This document shows positions 34,816-44,176 of a DNA stretch of 64,000 nt, in pieces (within the stretch, counting starts at the first letter, position 1; every line of letters starts with the position of its first letter). This DNA is from Dehalococcoidia bacterium. Lineage in GTDB: Bacteria > Chloroflexota > Dehalococcoidia > UBA2979. Under the pieces are notes generated by a model. The model saw nothing but the letters and a program-made list of their open reading frames with translations, was not told where the DNA came from and did no database searches. A program made the position numbers and the translations under genes. Where the stretch lies: NCBI GenBank assembly GCA_963667465.2, contig CAXXDN010000002.1, forward strand, positions 1,472,001 through 1,536,000, given 5' to 3'.

Positions 34816-37322
34816 GTGCGCAGCGCAACGGCCACACCGGCGAACCGCTCGGCCCCGCTCCCGCGCTGCTCGACGGGCTCCGCGTCCTCGAGTACGGCGA
34901 GAGCGCGGCCTCCGCCTTCGCCGCCCGCATGCTCGGCGACCTCGGAGCGACGGTCACGAAGCTCGAACCGCCCGGCGGGAGCGCACTGCGCCGCGAGGGC
35001 TACACGCCGCCCGGCGGCGACAGCTCGGCGCTGTTCGCCTACACCAGCGCCGGCAAGCGCAGCGTCACCCTCGACGATACGACCGCCGGAGGCCGGGAGA
35101 CGCTGCTGCGGCTGATCGCCGACTGCGACGTGCTGGTCGACTCGCATCGCGGCTCGCACTGGCAGGAGCTGGGCATCGACTTCGAGGCGCTGCCGGGCAG
35201 CGGGCGCTGCGCGCTCGCCGTCTCGATCACGCCGTTCGGGCGCTTCGGCCCCCACGCCGAGTGGGCGGCGAACCACCTGACGGCGCACCACGCCGGCGGC
35301 GAGGCCTACTTCTTCCACGGCGGCATCGGCTACGACCGCTACCCGGACGGCCCGCCGCTGCGCGTGCCCGCGAGCATCGCGGAGCTCGACACGGGGTCGG
35401 CGGCCGTTGTCGGGATGCTCGGCTGGCTGGCAGGCTGGCCGGACGCCGAGCGCGAGCCGACCTTCCTCGATCTCTCGTGGCAGGAGGCGGCGATGTCGCT
35501 CTGCCGCCAGGACATCGTGAAGTGGCCCAACGACCGCTACCTCGACACGCGCGCGCTGCGCGAGGTCGCCGTGCTCGGCCTGGTCGAGTGCAAGGACGGC
35601 TGGGCCGAGGTGCTCCCGGCGCAGCAGCACATGTGGGAGCGCTTCGTCGCCGCCTCGGGCGACCCGGAGTGGGCGACCGAACTCGGCGAGACCGCCGACG
35701 ACCGAAGCGCGCACACCGAGGAGCTCAACCAGCTCTTCGAGCCCTGGCTGCGCGAGCGCACGCGCACCGAGATCTTCGACGCGCTGCGCGAGTACGACGT
35801 GCCCGGCGGCCCGGTGCGCCTGATGGGCGATCTGCTCACTTGCGAGCAGCTGCGCCTCCGCGAGTTCCTCCAGACCGTGGCCCTGCCGGACGGCACGACC
35901 GCCGAGGTCCCCGCCCAGCCCTACATCGTGCGCGAGGCCCGCGGCCCCGCCTGGCGGCCCGGCCCCGCGAACGGCTCCGCGCCGGCCACGACGCCCTCGG
36001 CCGGCGCGCACAACGAGGACACGCTGCGCGACCTGCCCGCCGCGCCCGCGGTGAGCGCCGCGCCCGCGATTCGCGCGACCGCCGACCCGCAGCGCCCGCT
36101 CGACTGGCTGCGCGGCACGCGCGTGCTGGACCTGACCTGGTACCAGGCCGGGCCCTACGCCAACATGATCCTCTGCGCCTTCGGGGCGGAGATCCTCAAG
36201 GTTGAGAGCCACCGCCGGATCGACCCGTTCCGCCACTCCCGGCGTCACCAGTCCGTCTCGCTCGCCGACCGCAAGACGGATGACTGGATCGACAAGGGCT
36301 ACCGCTTCAACGAAGACAACATGGGCAAGCGCAGCGTCGCCATGGACATCTCGCAGGAGCGCGGGCGCGACTTCCTCCGCCGGCTCGTCGCCGACGCCGA
36401 CGTGCTGATCGAGGGCTTCCGGCCCGGCACCATTGACCGCCTCGGCCTCGGCTTCGACCGCCTGATCGAGGTCAACCCGCGGCTCGTCATGGTCTCGCTC
36501 TCGGCCAACGGCGCGACGCAGCCGGACGGGCACATGAGTGGCTACGCCGCCGTCTTCGGAGCAACCTCCGGGCTGTCCGGCCTCAGCGGCTACGACCGCA
36601 GCGTCCCCGCCGAGTACCGGGGACCGCTCGACCAGCGCGTCGGCACCGCCGTCGCGATGGCCACGCTCGCCGGGCTGCACGCCCGCGATCGCAGCGACAG
36701 CGCGATCCACGTCGACGTCGCAGCCCAGGAGGCCGGCGCCGCACTGGTCGGCGACCAGCTGGTCGAATGGCAGCTGCGCGGCTGCGTTGCCGAGCCGCTC
36801 GGCAACCGCCACGAACAGCTCGCCCCGCACAACGTCTACCAGTGCCTCCCGATCGAGGGCGAGCAAGCCTACCTCGTGGTCGCGGTCGAGACGGACGCGC
36901 AGTGGATGCGGCTCGCCGAACACCTCGGCGACTGGCGGCTCGACCCGCGCTGGGACGCCCGCGCACGCAAGGCGCAGGAGCACACGATCGACGAGGCGAT
37001 CGCCGACTGGACCCGCGGGCGCGAGCGCGACGAACTGATCGAGGAGTTGCAAGGCCTCGGCGTGGCGGCCGCGCCGAGCGCGACCGCGCGCGACCTCTAC
37101 CTGGACGAGCACGTCCGCGCGCGCGGCCTCTGGAGCAGCGTCGAGCACCCGCGCATGGGCCAGCTCGAGGTGATCGCCCTGCCCTGGCTCATCAACGGCT
37201 CGCGCATCGCCACGGAGGCCGCCCCGACGCTCGGCCAGCACAACGAGTACGTCTACGGCGACCTGCTCGGCGTGGGCGCCGAGGAGCTGTCCCAGCTCGT
37301 CGCCGAGGGCATCGCCCACTGA
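34812..37322 (+). CDS. Fused tandem class III CoA-transferase
   Basis: Two CaiB domains (GKRSVTLD / GKRSVAMD); GTGA overlap with upstream stop. Confidence 0.9.
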   Translation: MSAQRNGHTGEPLGPAPALLDGLRVLEYGESAASAFAARMLGDLGATVTKLEPPGGSALRREGYTPPGGDSSALFAYTSAGKRSVTLDDTTAGGRETLLRLIADCDVLVDSHRGSHWQELGIDFEALPGSGRCALAVSITPFGRFGPHAEWAANHLTAHHAGGEAYFFHGGIGYDRYPDGPPLRVPASIAELDTGSAAVVGMLGWLAGWPDAEREPTFLDLSWQEAAMSLCRQDIVKWPNDRYLDTRALREVAVLGLVECKDGWAEVLPAQQHMWERFVAASGDPEWATELGETADDRSAHTEELNQLFEPWLRERTRTEIFDALREYDVPGGPVRLMGDLLTCEQLRLREFLQTVALPDGTTAEVPAQPYIVREARGPAWRPGPANGSAPATTPSAGAHNEDTLRDLPAAPAVSAAPAIRATADPQRPLDWLRGTRVLDLTWYQAGPYANMILCAFGAEILKVESHRRIDPFRHSRRHQSVSLADRKTDDWIDKGYRFNEDNMGKRSVAMDISQERGRDFLRRLVADADVLIEGFRPGTIDRLGLGFDRLIEVNPRLVMVSLSANGATQPDGHMSGYAAVFGATSGLSGLSGYDRSVPAEYRGPLDQRVGTAVAMATLAGLHARDRSDSAIHVDVAAQEAGAALVGDQLVEWQLRGCVAEPLGNRHEQLAPHNVYQCLPIEGEQAYLVVAVETDAQWMRLAEHLGDWRLDPRWDARARKAQEHTIDEAIADWTRGRERDELIEELQGLGVAAAPSATARDLYLDEHVRARGLWSSVEHPRMGQLEVIALPWLINGSRIATEAAPTLGQHNEYVYGDLLGVGAEELSQLVAEGIAH

Positions 37323-37396
37323 GCTGATGCTCGCACGCCTCGGAGTCGATCACTCCTGCTGTAGGCTCCCACGGCACTGGTGAGTCAGGCGGAATC

Positions 37397-40300
37397 GTGC
37401 ACAGGAAACGCCTCGTCCCTCGGTTGTTTGCGTCGCTGGCCGTCGCGCTCGCGATCGGCTGGGGGCTGGCATCGGGTAGTGGGATCGCGGAAGCCGAGTC
37501 GGCGTCGGAAGACTCGGCCACGATCACCACGAGACTCCATCCGGGCTGGAATCTGGTCGGCTGGGTCGGCCCCGAGACGCCCGTCGCGGACCTGTTCGAG
37601 GAGCTTCCCGCGCTGCAGCAGGTGTCGGCTCGGGACGCCGAAGCCGGGGCGTGGGTGCAGGCTCGCCCCCGCAGCCGTTCGGCGGCGCACGGACTGAGGC
37701 TGCTGACGCCTGGCATGGGCCTCTGGTTCTGGATCGGCGGCAACGAGACCGTCGAGTGGACGCGCCCTGCCGGGGCGGAGAGCGTGCTGCTGCAGCTACA
37801 CAGGGGGCTCAACCTCGCGGCCTGGTTCGGCGGACCGGCAAGCCTCGAGGACGCCCTCGCACGCCTTGGCAACGCCGTCGTGCGGGCGAGGCTCTGGGAT
37901 CCCGTGACGCAGGGCTACGAGACGTACGATCCGGACGACGCGAACACCGCCGGCGTGCTGGACGCCGTCACTCCGGGCGACGGGCTGCGGATCGATCTCA
38001 CCGGGAAGACGCTCTGGTGGCCGCAGGGCACGGACCCGCCGCCGGTCGTGTTCGTGGACGACCTGGACACGGAGACGGCGCTCGCGATCGCCGATGCGTA
38101 CCAGCGCGCCCGCAGTCTCTTCATCAAGCGCCTCGGTACCCCGGAGGCCGCCGAGCTCAGGGCGCACGTATACGCGGACGTGGACTCTCTGCATCGGGCA
38201 TACCGTGAGTGGGGCGGGCGCGACCTTCCGGATCGATGGTGCTCCTTCAACGATGGGAGCAGTCTGCACCATTCCGCATCGTGCTACGGGGCGCCCGAAT
38301 CGCGGATGGGGGAGCGGTACTTCCGCGCCCTCGTCTTGCACATGGCCCCTCGAGCGGAGGTCCCGGAGCCGGAGGAAGGTCACAGCCGCTACGGGCCGAT
38401 GTGGCTGCTGAACGGGGTGGACGCGTACGCGGACGCGGCGTACCGCGCCACCTACGGCAGCGTGCCGTATGACCGGTTGCGGACCGGGCTCATCGCCGCG
38501 GCCCGGCGCACCGCGCTGCCGCTGAGCAGCACCGCGAGCCTGGACGGACGGGACGCGGCCGGGGGTCCGGCAACGACGGCGCTCGGCTTCCTTGCAATCG
38601 AGTCGCTTGCCCAACGCGCCGGGGAGGCGGCAATCCTCGGCTACTACCGCCTGCTCCCGTCCAGCGCGAGCTGGCAGGAGGCGTTCGAGGGCGCGTTCGG
38701 CCTCAGCGCCGAGCGCTTCTACGATGCCTTCGAGGTCTCCCGCTTCGAGCGAGCCCCGCTCCTGCCGCACCTCGCAGACCCCTCGGATGAGCCGGCCTTC
38801 GTCTTCGTTGGGGAGATCGACCCGGAGGCGCAGGAGGACATGCGTGCCTCACTTCAGGCGACTCGGGAGATCTTCTCCGGGCAGTTCGGCAGCAAGGCCT
38901 CGGACTTCACGGTCTACGTCGGGTCAGGCCTGGAGGCGATCACGCCGGAGTACCTCGCTGTTCGCGGCCATGAGAATCTCAATCTCTGCGGGGACTACTC
39001 CCACAACGTCATCTTCCAGGTCTTCACCTGCAAGAACCGCGATCTCGTGCTCGCCCACGAGTACGTGCATGTCCTGCAGAACAAGCTCGCCGAGGGCGCC
39101 TCGTGGGGTCCGGCGTGGTTGACGGAGGGGGTCGCCGTCTACGGGGAAGCCTTGCACCGCGCCGTGATCGGACAACGCCTACCGGCAAGCGAAGGATTGG
39201 AGCTCAGGCGCAGCTGGGAGCTGGCCCGCGTCATGCTCACAGGCGATGTTCCCATGCTCTCCAGCCTCGAAACCGTCGATGACGCCGCCGAGCGCGGCCA
39301 TTACCGCCTCGGCTTCCTCGCCGCCGATTGGCTCGCCGAACATGCCGGCCCCGAGGCGCTGACCGACTACTACCGGCAGCTGCCCTCATCGGAGGGCTGG
39401 GAGGAGGCCTTCGAAGGCGCGTTCGATCTCACCGTCGGCGACTTCTACGCGACGTTCGAGGACTACTGGCCCGAGATCGACCCGCTGCTGCCCCACCTCG
39501 CAGACGATCGCGAGGGCCCCGTTGTCGTGTTCCTCGGCGACATCGAGGCAAGCGACCGCGCTACCCATGAGTCCGCGGTGGAGAAGGTGGTGGCGCTCTT
39601 CTCCGACCGCTTCGGGATCGAGAGCGTGGAGTCCACGGTCTTCGTCGGCGCCAACGTCGGGTCGCTGGCCCCCATTCACTGGATGCTGTTCGAGCGTGGG
39701 CCGGACGCGGACCTCTGCTCCGGGTGGAATGGCCCCGCATTCCTGTATGCGGCGTCGTGCAGCGACCCACTGGGGCGACACTTCGGGCGCTTGTACTTCG
39801 GCACCGTGCGCGAAGAGCTGGCGCCGCGGAGCGCACTCCCCACAGCCGATGACGGTTACAGTCACTGGGGCCCGCAGTGGCTGTACCTCGGCACCGTGGT
39901 GCACGCGGACCTGCTCTCCCGGGAGGCAGCCGGGATCGCGAACTACGAAGACGAGCGCACCATTCGCGTTGAACGGGCACAAGCGAATACCACCGACCTG
40001 CGCCGCCTGGAGGCATCCGAGGGCTGGGACGCGGCTAATGAAGTGGCCCAGAGCGGCTGGGCGCTCGGACTCCTCGCAGCGGAACGGCTCGCCGAACTCG
40101 CCGGCGACGAGGCGATCTTCGAGTACTTCCGCCTACTCCCCTCCAGCGCAAGTTGGCGGGACGCGTTCGAGGGCGCGTTCGGCCTCACCGTCGACGCCTT
40201 CTACGAGGACTTCGCGGTCCACCGCGCAGACATCGCGCCGGCGCTGCCACAGATCCGCGGCGTCGTGCTCGGCCCCGACGGCGCGCCGGTCGAGGGCGCC

Positions 40301-40576
40301 GGGCTCTGGCTTCGGTGGCACTCGTCGGCGGGAGCCTACATCGAGTTCGCACGTACGGCGGCAGACGGCACGTTCAGGTTCGCAGTGGCGAACGGCTCGT
40401 ACCGTCTGACGCTCATGGAACACGTTGATGGGAACTGGATCACCTTCGGCCAGTACGGTGGAGGCGACGGCTTCTCCACCGGCAGCATCACGGTGATCGA
40501 GGTGGACGGGGCAGACGTCAGCGACATCGTGATCCGGCTGCCGTCGTCCCTCTCCAAGCTGCGACCCATTCGCTGA
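37397..40576 (+). CDS. Large secreted protein: LxPGWNL-type N-domain, three gluzincin/peptidase-MA-like repeats, C-terminal carboxypeptidase-regulatory-like domain
   Basis: Signal peptide; HEYVH...WLTEG in repeat 2; repeats end AFEGAF(G/D)L; C-terminal IRGVVLGPDGAPVEGA...TAADGTF. Confidence 0.8.
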   Translation: MHRKRLVPRLFASLAVALAIGWGLASGSGIAEAESASEDSATITTRLHPGWNLVGWVGPETPVADLFEELPALQQVSARDAEAGAWVQARPRSRSAAHGLRLLTPGMGLWFWIGGNETVEWTRPAGAESVLLQLHRGLNLAAWFGGPASLEDALARLGNAVVRARLWDPVTQGYETYDPDDANTAGVLDAVTPGDGLRIDLTGKTLWWPQGTDPPPVVFVDDLDTETALAIADAYQRARSLFIKRLGTPEAAELRAHVYADVDSLHRAYREWGGRDLPDRWCSFNDGSSLHHSASCYGAPESRMGERYFRALVLHMAPRAEVPEPEEGHSRYGPMWLLNGVDAYADAAYRATYGSVPYDRLRTGLIAAARRTALPLSSTASLDGRDAAGGPATTALGFLAIESLAQRAGEAAILGYYRLLPSSASWQEAFEGAFGLSAERFYDAFEVSRFERAPLLPHLADPSDEPAFVFVGEIDPEAQEDMRASLQATREIFSGQFGSKASDFTVYVGSGLEAITPEYLAVRGHENLNLCGDYSHNVIFQVFTCKNRDLVLAHEYVHVLQNKLAEGASWGPAWLTEGVAVYGEALHRAVIGQRLPASEGLELRRSWELARVMLTGDVPMLSSLETVDDAAERGHYRLGFLAADWLAEHAGPEALTDYYRQLPSSEGWEEAFEGAFDLTVGDFYATFEDYWPEIDPLLPHLADDREGPVVVFLGDIEASDRATHESAVEKVVALFSDRFGIESVESTVFVGANVGSLAPIHWMLFERGPDADLCSGWNGPAFLYAASCSDPLGRHFGRLYFGTVREELAPRSALPTADDGYSHWGPQWLYLGTVVHADLLSREAAGIANYEDERTIRVERAQANTTDLRRLEASEGWDAANEVAQSGWALGLLAAERLAELAGDEAIFEYFRLLPSSASWRDAFEGAFGLTVDAFYEDFAVHRADIAPALPQIRGVVLGPDGAPVEGAGLWLRWHSSAGAYIEFARTAADGTFRFAVANGSYRLTLMEHVDGNWITFGQYGGGDGFSTGSITVIEVDGADVSDIVIRLPSSLSKLRPIR

Positions 40577-40586
40577 CCCGCTCGCC

Positions 40587-41402
40587 CTACTCCAGCAGCG
40601 AGTCCACGAAGGCGCGGATCGCGGCGAAGTACTCGTGACGGCCGATCCAGAGGATGTCGTTGTGGCCGACGCCCTCGATCGGGACGAACTCGCGGCGCTC
40701 GTTTTCGAGCTGGTCGTAGAGCTCCGCAGCCAGCTCGATCGGGGCGAGGTCGTCCGCAGCGCCATGGATCTGCAGCGAAGGGATCCGGATCGAGCGGACC
40801 TTCGTCTCGTGCGCCTCGATGAACTCGGCGGCGCCCGGCTCGTCTTCGAGGCCGAAGCGCGCGATCGAGCGGCGCGCGCTGGCCGCGCCGCTTTCGATGA
40901 TCAGCCCGCGCACGCGGTCGCCGGCGCGCGCCGCCACCTCCAGCGCGGGCTGGGTGCCCATGCTGCGGCCCATGACGAACAGCGGGCCGCCGCCACGCTC
41001 CTCCTGCAGCGCCGCCGCGTACTCCAGCGCCGGCATTGCATCGCCGACGAGCGCGGCCATCGAGGCCCGGCCGCCGCTCTTGCCGTATCCGCGGAACTCC
41101 GCGACGAACAGGTCGAGGCCGATCTCGCGGTAGAGACGGTCGATCCCGTCGTGGTCGCTCACCACCTCGCCGTTGCCGTGGAAGTAGAGGACCAGCGGTC
41201 GCGGCGGGGCGGCCGCTGTCCCGGTGTAGAGGCGGGCGGAGATGCTGATGCCCGGCTCGACCGCGATCTGGTGGTCGCTGGCGCCGGGCGGCGGCGGGCC
41301 GGGGTCGGGACGCGGGAAGAACATCCACTGCGACGCGCCCGCGCGGTCGAGCAACGCGTAGTCGGGGAAGGGAATGCCGCCGGCGTCGCTTGGCTCGCTC
41401 AC
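40587..41402 (-). CDS. Alpha/beta hydrolase (ABHD13/BEM46-like)
   Basis: LYFHGNGE, EFRGYGKS, GRSMG nucleophile, IHGAADD, GHND; GTG at 41402 inferred. Confidence 0.9.
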   Translation of the reverse strand: MSEPSDAGGIPFPDYALLDRAGASQWMFFPRPDPGPPPPGASDHQIAVEPGISISARLYTGTAAAPPRPLVLYFHGNGEVVSDHDGIDRLYREIGLDLFVAEFRGYGKSGGRASMAALVGDAMPALEYAAALQEERGGGPLFVMGRSMGTQPALEVAARAGDRVRGLIIESGAASARRSIARFGLEDEPGAAEFIEAHETKVRSIRIPSLQIHGAADDLAPIELAAELYDQLENERREFVPIEGVGHNDILWIGRHEYFAAIRAFVDSLLE

Positions 41403-41406
41403 CGGC

Positions 41407-42339
41407 TCACTCCTCACCGTCCTCGAGGGCCTGCACATGCTGGAAGCCGAAGCGACCCTTGATGCAGAGATGGCCGCCGGTCACGGAGTGGTCGGAGGGC
41501 GAGGTGACCTTCACGATCTCGTTGTCCTGCACGTGCAGCTCGAGGTTACAGCCGACCCCGCAGTAGGGGCAGACGGTCGTCGTGATGGTCTGGCGCTCCT
41601 CGTCCCACTCGCCGGCGGCGCGCAGCTCGTGCTCGCTCTTGAACATCAACGCCCCGGTGGGACAGACGGCGATGCAGTTGCCGCAGAAGACGCAGGCCGA
41701 GTCGGGCAGCGACGTGTCGTACTCCGTCGCGATGGTGGCGTCGAAGCCGCGCCCGGCAACGGCGATCGCGAAGGTGTGCTGGGCGTCGACGCCGCAGGCC
41801 TCGACGCAGCGGTAGCAGAGGATGCACTTCGAGAAGTCGCGCACGTAGAGGTCGTTGTCGAGCCTCGCCGGCTGCGCCTGCGTCGCCGCGTGCTCGGCGT
41901 CCGGCGGCGCGTGGTGGCCCGGCCGAGGGCGCTCCGCCTCGCCGCCGCCCGCGGGAGCGGGCGGCCCGTAGCGCTCCGGCGCGACGCCGTACTCCTCCAG
42001 CCAGTGCCGCAGCTGCGGCTCAGCCGTCGAGAGATCGACCGCCGAGGCGAGCAGTTCGAGCACGAGCCGGCGGCTGTGCTCGACACGTTCGGAGGTCGCC
42101 GTCACCGCCATGCCGTCCTCGGCCTGCCGCGAGCAGGAGGCGACCAGCGCGCGCGAGCCCTCGAGCTCGACAACGCAGGCGCGGCAGGCGTTGGCGGGCG
42201 TGAGGCCTTCGAGGTAGCAGAGCGTGGGCGGGCCGACGCCAGCGGCGCGGCAGGCAGCGAGGACGCTCGCGCCTTCCGGCACCCAGACGGGCGTACCGTC
42301 CACGGTCAACTCGACCAGCGGTTGAGGCTCGCTCGTCAC
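41407..42339 (-). CDS. Formate dehydrogenase Fe-S subunit (NuoG-like 2Fe-2S + 2x4Fe-4S + Mo-bisPGD-type 4Fe-4S domain)
   Basis: PTLC...NACRACVVE...C, CILCYRCVEAC, CVFCGNCIAVCP, CPYCGVGC...LCIKGRFG. Confidence 0.92.
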   Translation of the reverse strand: MTSEPQPLVELTVDGTPVWVPEGASVLAACRAAGVGPPTLCYLEGLTPANACRACVVELEGSRALVASCSRQAEDGMAVTATSERVEHSRRLVLELLASAVDLSTAEPQLRHWLEEYGVAPERYGPPAPAGGGEAERPRPGHHAPPDAEHAATQAQPARLDNDLYVRDFSKCILCYRCVEACGVDAQHTFAIAVAGRGFDATIATEYDTSLPDSACVFCGNCIAVCPTGALMFKSEHELRAAGEWDEERQTITTTVCPYCGVGCNLELHVQDNEIVKVTSPSDHSVTGGHLCIKGRFGFQHVQALEDGEE

Positions 42340-44171
42340 GGCGCGCTCCTCTCGCGATCGAGCAGCCCGAGGTCAATCGCGGACTGCACCGCGATGCCCG
42401 CCGTCTGGCCGAGCCCGCAGATCGATGCGTCCGTCATCGCCCTCGCGATATCGTCGAGGATCGCGATCTCGTCGCCGGCGTTGCCGTTCGTGCTGGCGAG
42501 GCGGTGCAGCGCCTCCTCCTGGCGCACGGTGCCGATGCGGCAGGGCACGCACTGGCCGCAGGACTCGTCGCGGAAGAAGGCGGCGATGCGCCGCGTCGCG
42601 TCCGCGAGGTCCACAGACTCGCCGAAGACCGTCACCGCGCCGGAGCCGAGCGAGACGCCGGCGGTTCGCGCGTCCTCGAAGGTGAGCGGCAGATCGAGCT
42701 GCGCGGCGGTCACGAACGAGCCGGCCGCGCCTCCCAGCAGGACCGCCTTTGGGTCGCCGCGACCCTCCACGCCGCCGGCGAGCGCGATCAGATCGCGCAG
42801 CGTCGCTCCGAACGGGACTTCGTAGACACCGGGGCGGGCGACGCTGCCGGCGAGGCAGAAGAGCTTCGTGCCCGTCGAGCCCGCGGTGCCGGTCTCGGCG
42901 AAGGCGTCCCCGCCCTCGAGGACGATCGCGGGGACGTTGGCGAACGTCTCGACGTTGTTGACGAGGGTCGGCTTGCCGAAGAGGCCGGCCTGCGTCGGGT
43001 ACGGCGGCTTGTTGCGCGGCTCGCCGCGGTAGCCCTCGATGGAGTTGAAGAGCGCCGTCTCCTCGCCACAGATGTAGGCGCCCGCGCCGCGCCGAATCTC
43101 AATCTCGAAGCGCAGGCCCGAGCCGAGCACGTCGCCGCCGAGCAGCCGCGCCGCCTCGGCCTGCGTGATTGCGGCCTCGAGGCGCGCGGTTGCCAGCGGG
43201 TACTCGCGACGGATGTAGAGGTAGCCGCGCTCCGCGCCCGTGGTTACGCCGGCGATCGTCATCGCCTCGATCAGCGCGAACGGGTCGTGCTCCATGAGCA
43301 CGCGGTCCTTGAAGGTGCCCGGCTCGGACTCGTCGGCGTTGCAGACGATGTAGCGAGGCCGCGTCGCGGCGTTCGCCACGTCCGCCCACTTGCGGCCCGC
43401 CGGGAACGCCGCGCCGCCGCGCCCCTGCAGCCGCGAGGCGATCAGCTCGTCGATCACCCACTGCTGCCCGCGCTCCAGCGCGACACGCAACGCCTCATAG
43501 CCGCCGTGCGTGCGGTAGGCATCGAGGCTCGCCGGGTCCACAAGTCCGACGCGCCCAAGCAGCCGCAGCCCGTTCGCGCGCGGCTCGGCGGCCTGCGGAG
43601 CCGAGACGGCCGCCTCGGGGGCCTCGTCCGCGCCTCCGTCGCCACGCAGCCCGGCGAGCACCGCGGGCGCGTCCGCCGCAGCGAGCACGCGGTCCTCGCC
43701 GCCGGCGATCTGCAGCAGCGCCGCGGGCGCTCGCTCGCAGACGCCGAGGCAGGGGCTCGGCTCCCACATCGCGCCCTCGTCCGCTTCGAGGCCGCGCGCG
43801 ACCTCGCCGGCAAGCGCGTCAGCACCGGCGTTGCGGCAAACGATGTCGTCGCAGAGGTGGGCGACGCGCGGCGGGCGCTCGCGCGTGGAGAGCAGCGCGT
43901 AGGACTCGGCGACGCCGTAGGCCTCGGCGGGCGGGACCCGCAGGCGCTCGCAGACGTAGCCGAGAGCCCCCGCGCTGATCCAGCCGATCGCGTCCTGCAC
44001 GGCGTGCAGCGCGGGCAGCAGCAGCTGCCGCTCCTCGCGGGCCTGCTGCGGGCGGCCTTGCTCGCTGCGACCCGGGCCGCCGTCGTCCGGATCGGGCGGC
44101 GGCCCGAGCAGCGCATCGACAGCGGCGCGCTCCGCCGCCGAGGCGGGAGTGGGGAGACGATGGACTTCCAC
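42336..44171 (-). CDS. NuoE-NuoF-like fused diaphorase subunit of NAD-dependent FDH
   Basis: LLPALHAVQ, CDDIVC, CLGVC, GRGGAAFP, NADESEPGTFKDR, GAGAYICGEETAL, ESCGQCVPCRIG. Confidence 0.93.
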   Translation of the reverse strand: MEVHRLPTPASAAERAAVDALLGPPPDPDDGGPGRSEQGRPQQAREERQLLLPALHAVQDAIGWISAGALGYVCERLRVPPAEAYGVAESYALLSTRERPPRVAHLCDDIVCRNAGADALAGEVARGLEADEGAMWEPSPCLGVCERAPAALLQIAGGEDRVLAAADAPAVLAGLRGDGGADEAPEAAVSAPQAAEPRANGLRLLGRVGLVDPASLDAYRTHGGYEALRVALERGQQWVIDELIASRLQGRGGAAFPAGRKWADVANAATRPRYIVCNADESEPGTFKDRVLMEHDPFALIEAMTIAGVTTGAERGYLYIRREYPLATARLEAAITQAEAARLLGGDVLGSGLRFEIEIRRGAGAYICGEETALFNSIEGYRGEPRNKPPYPTQAGLFGKPTLVNNVETFANVPAIVLEGGDAFAETGTAGSTGTKLFCLAGSVARPGVYEVPFGATLRDLIALAGGVEGRGDPKAVLLGGAAGSFVTAAQLDLPLTFEDARTAGVSLGSGAVTVFGESVDLADATRRIAAFFRDESCGQCVPCRIGTVRQEEALHRLASTNGNAGDEIAILDDIARAMTDASICGLGQTAGIAVQSAIDLGLLDRERSAP

Positions 44172-44176
44172 GGCCC

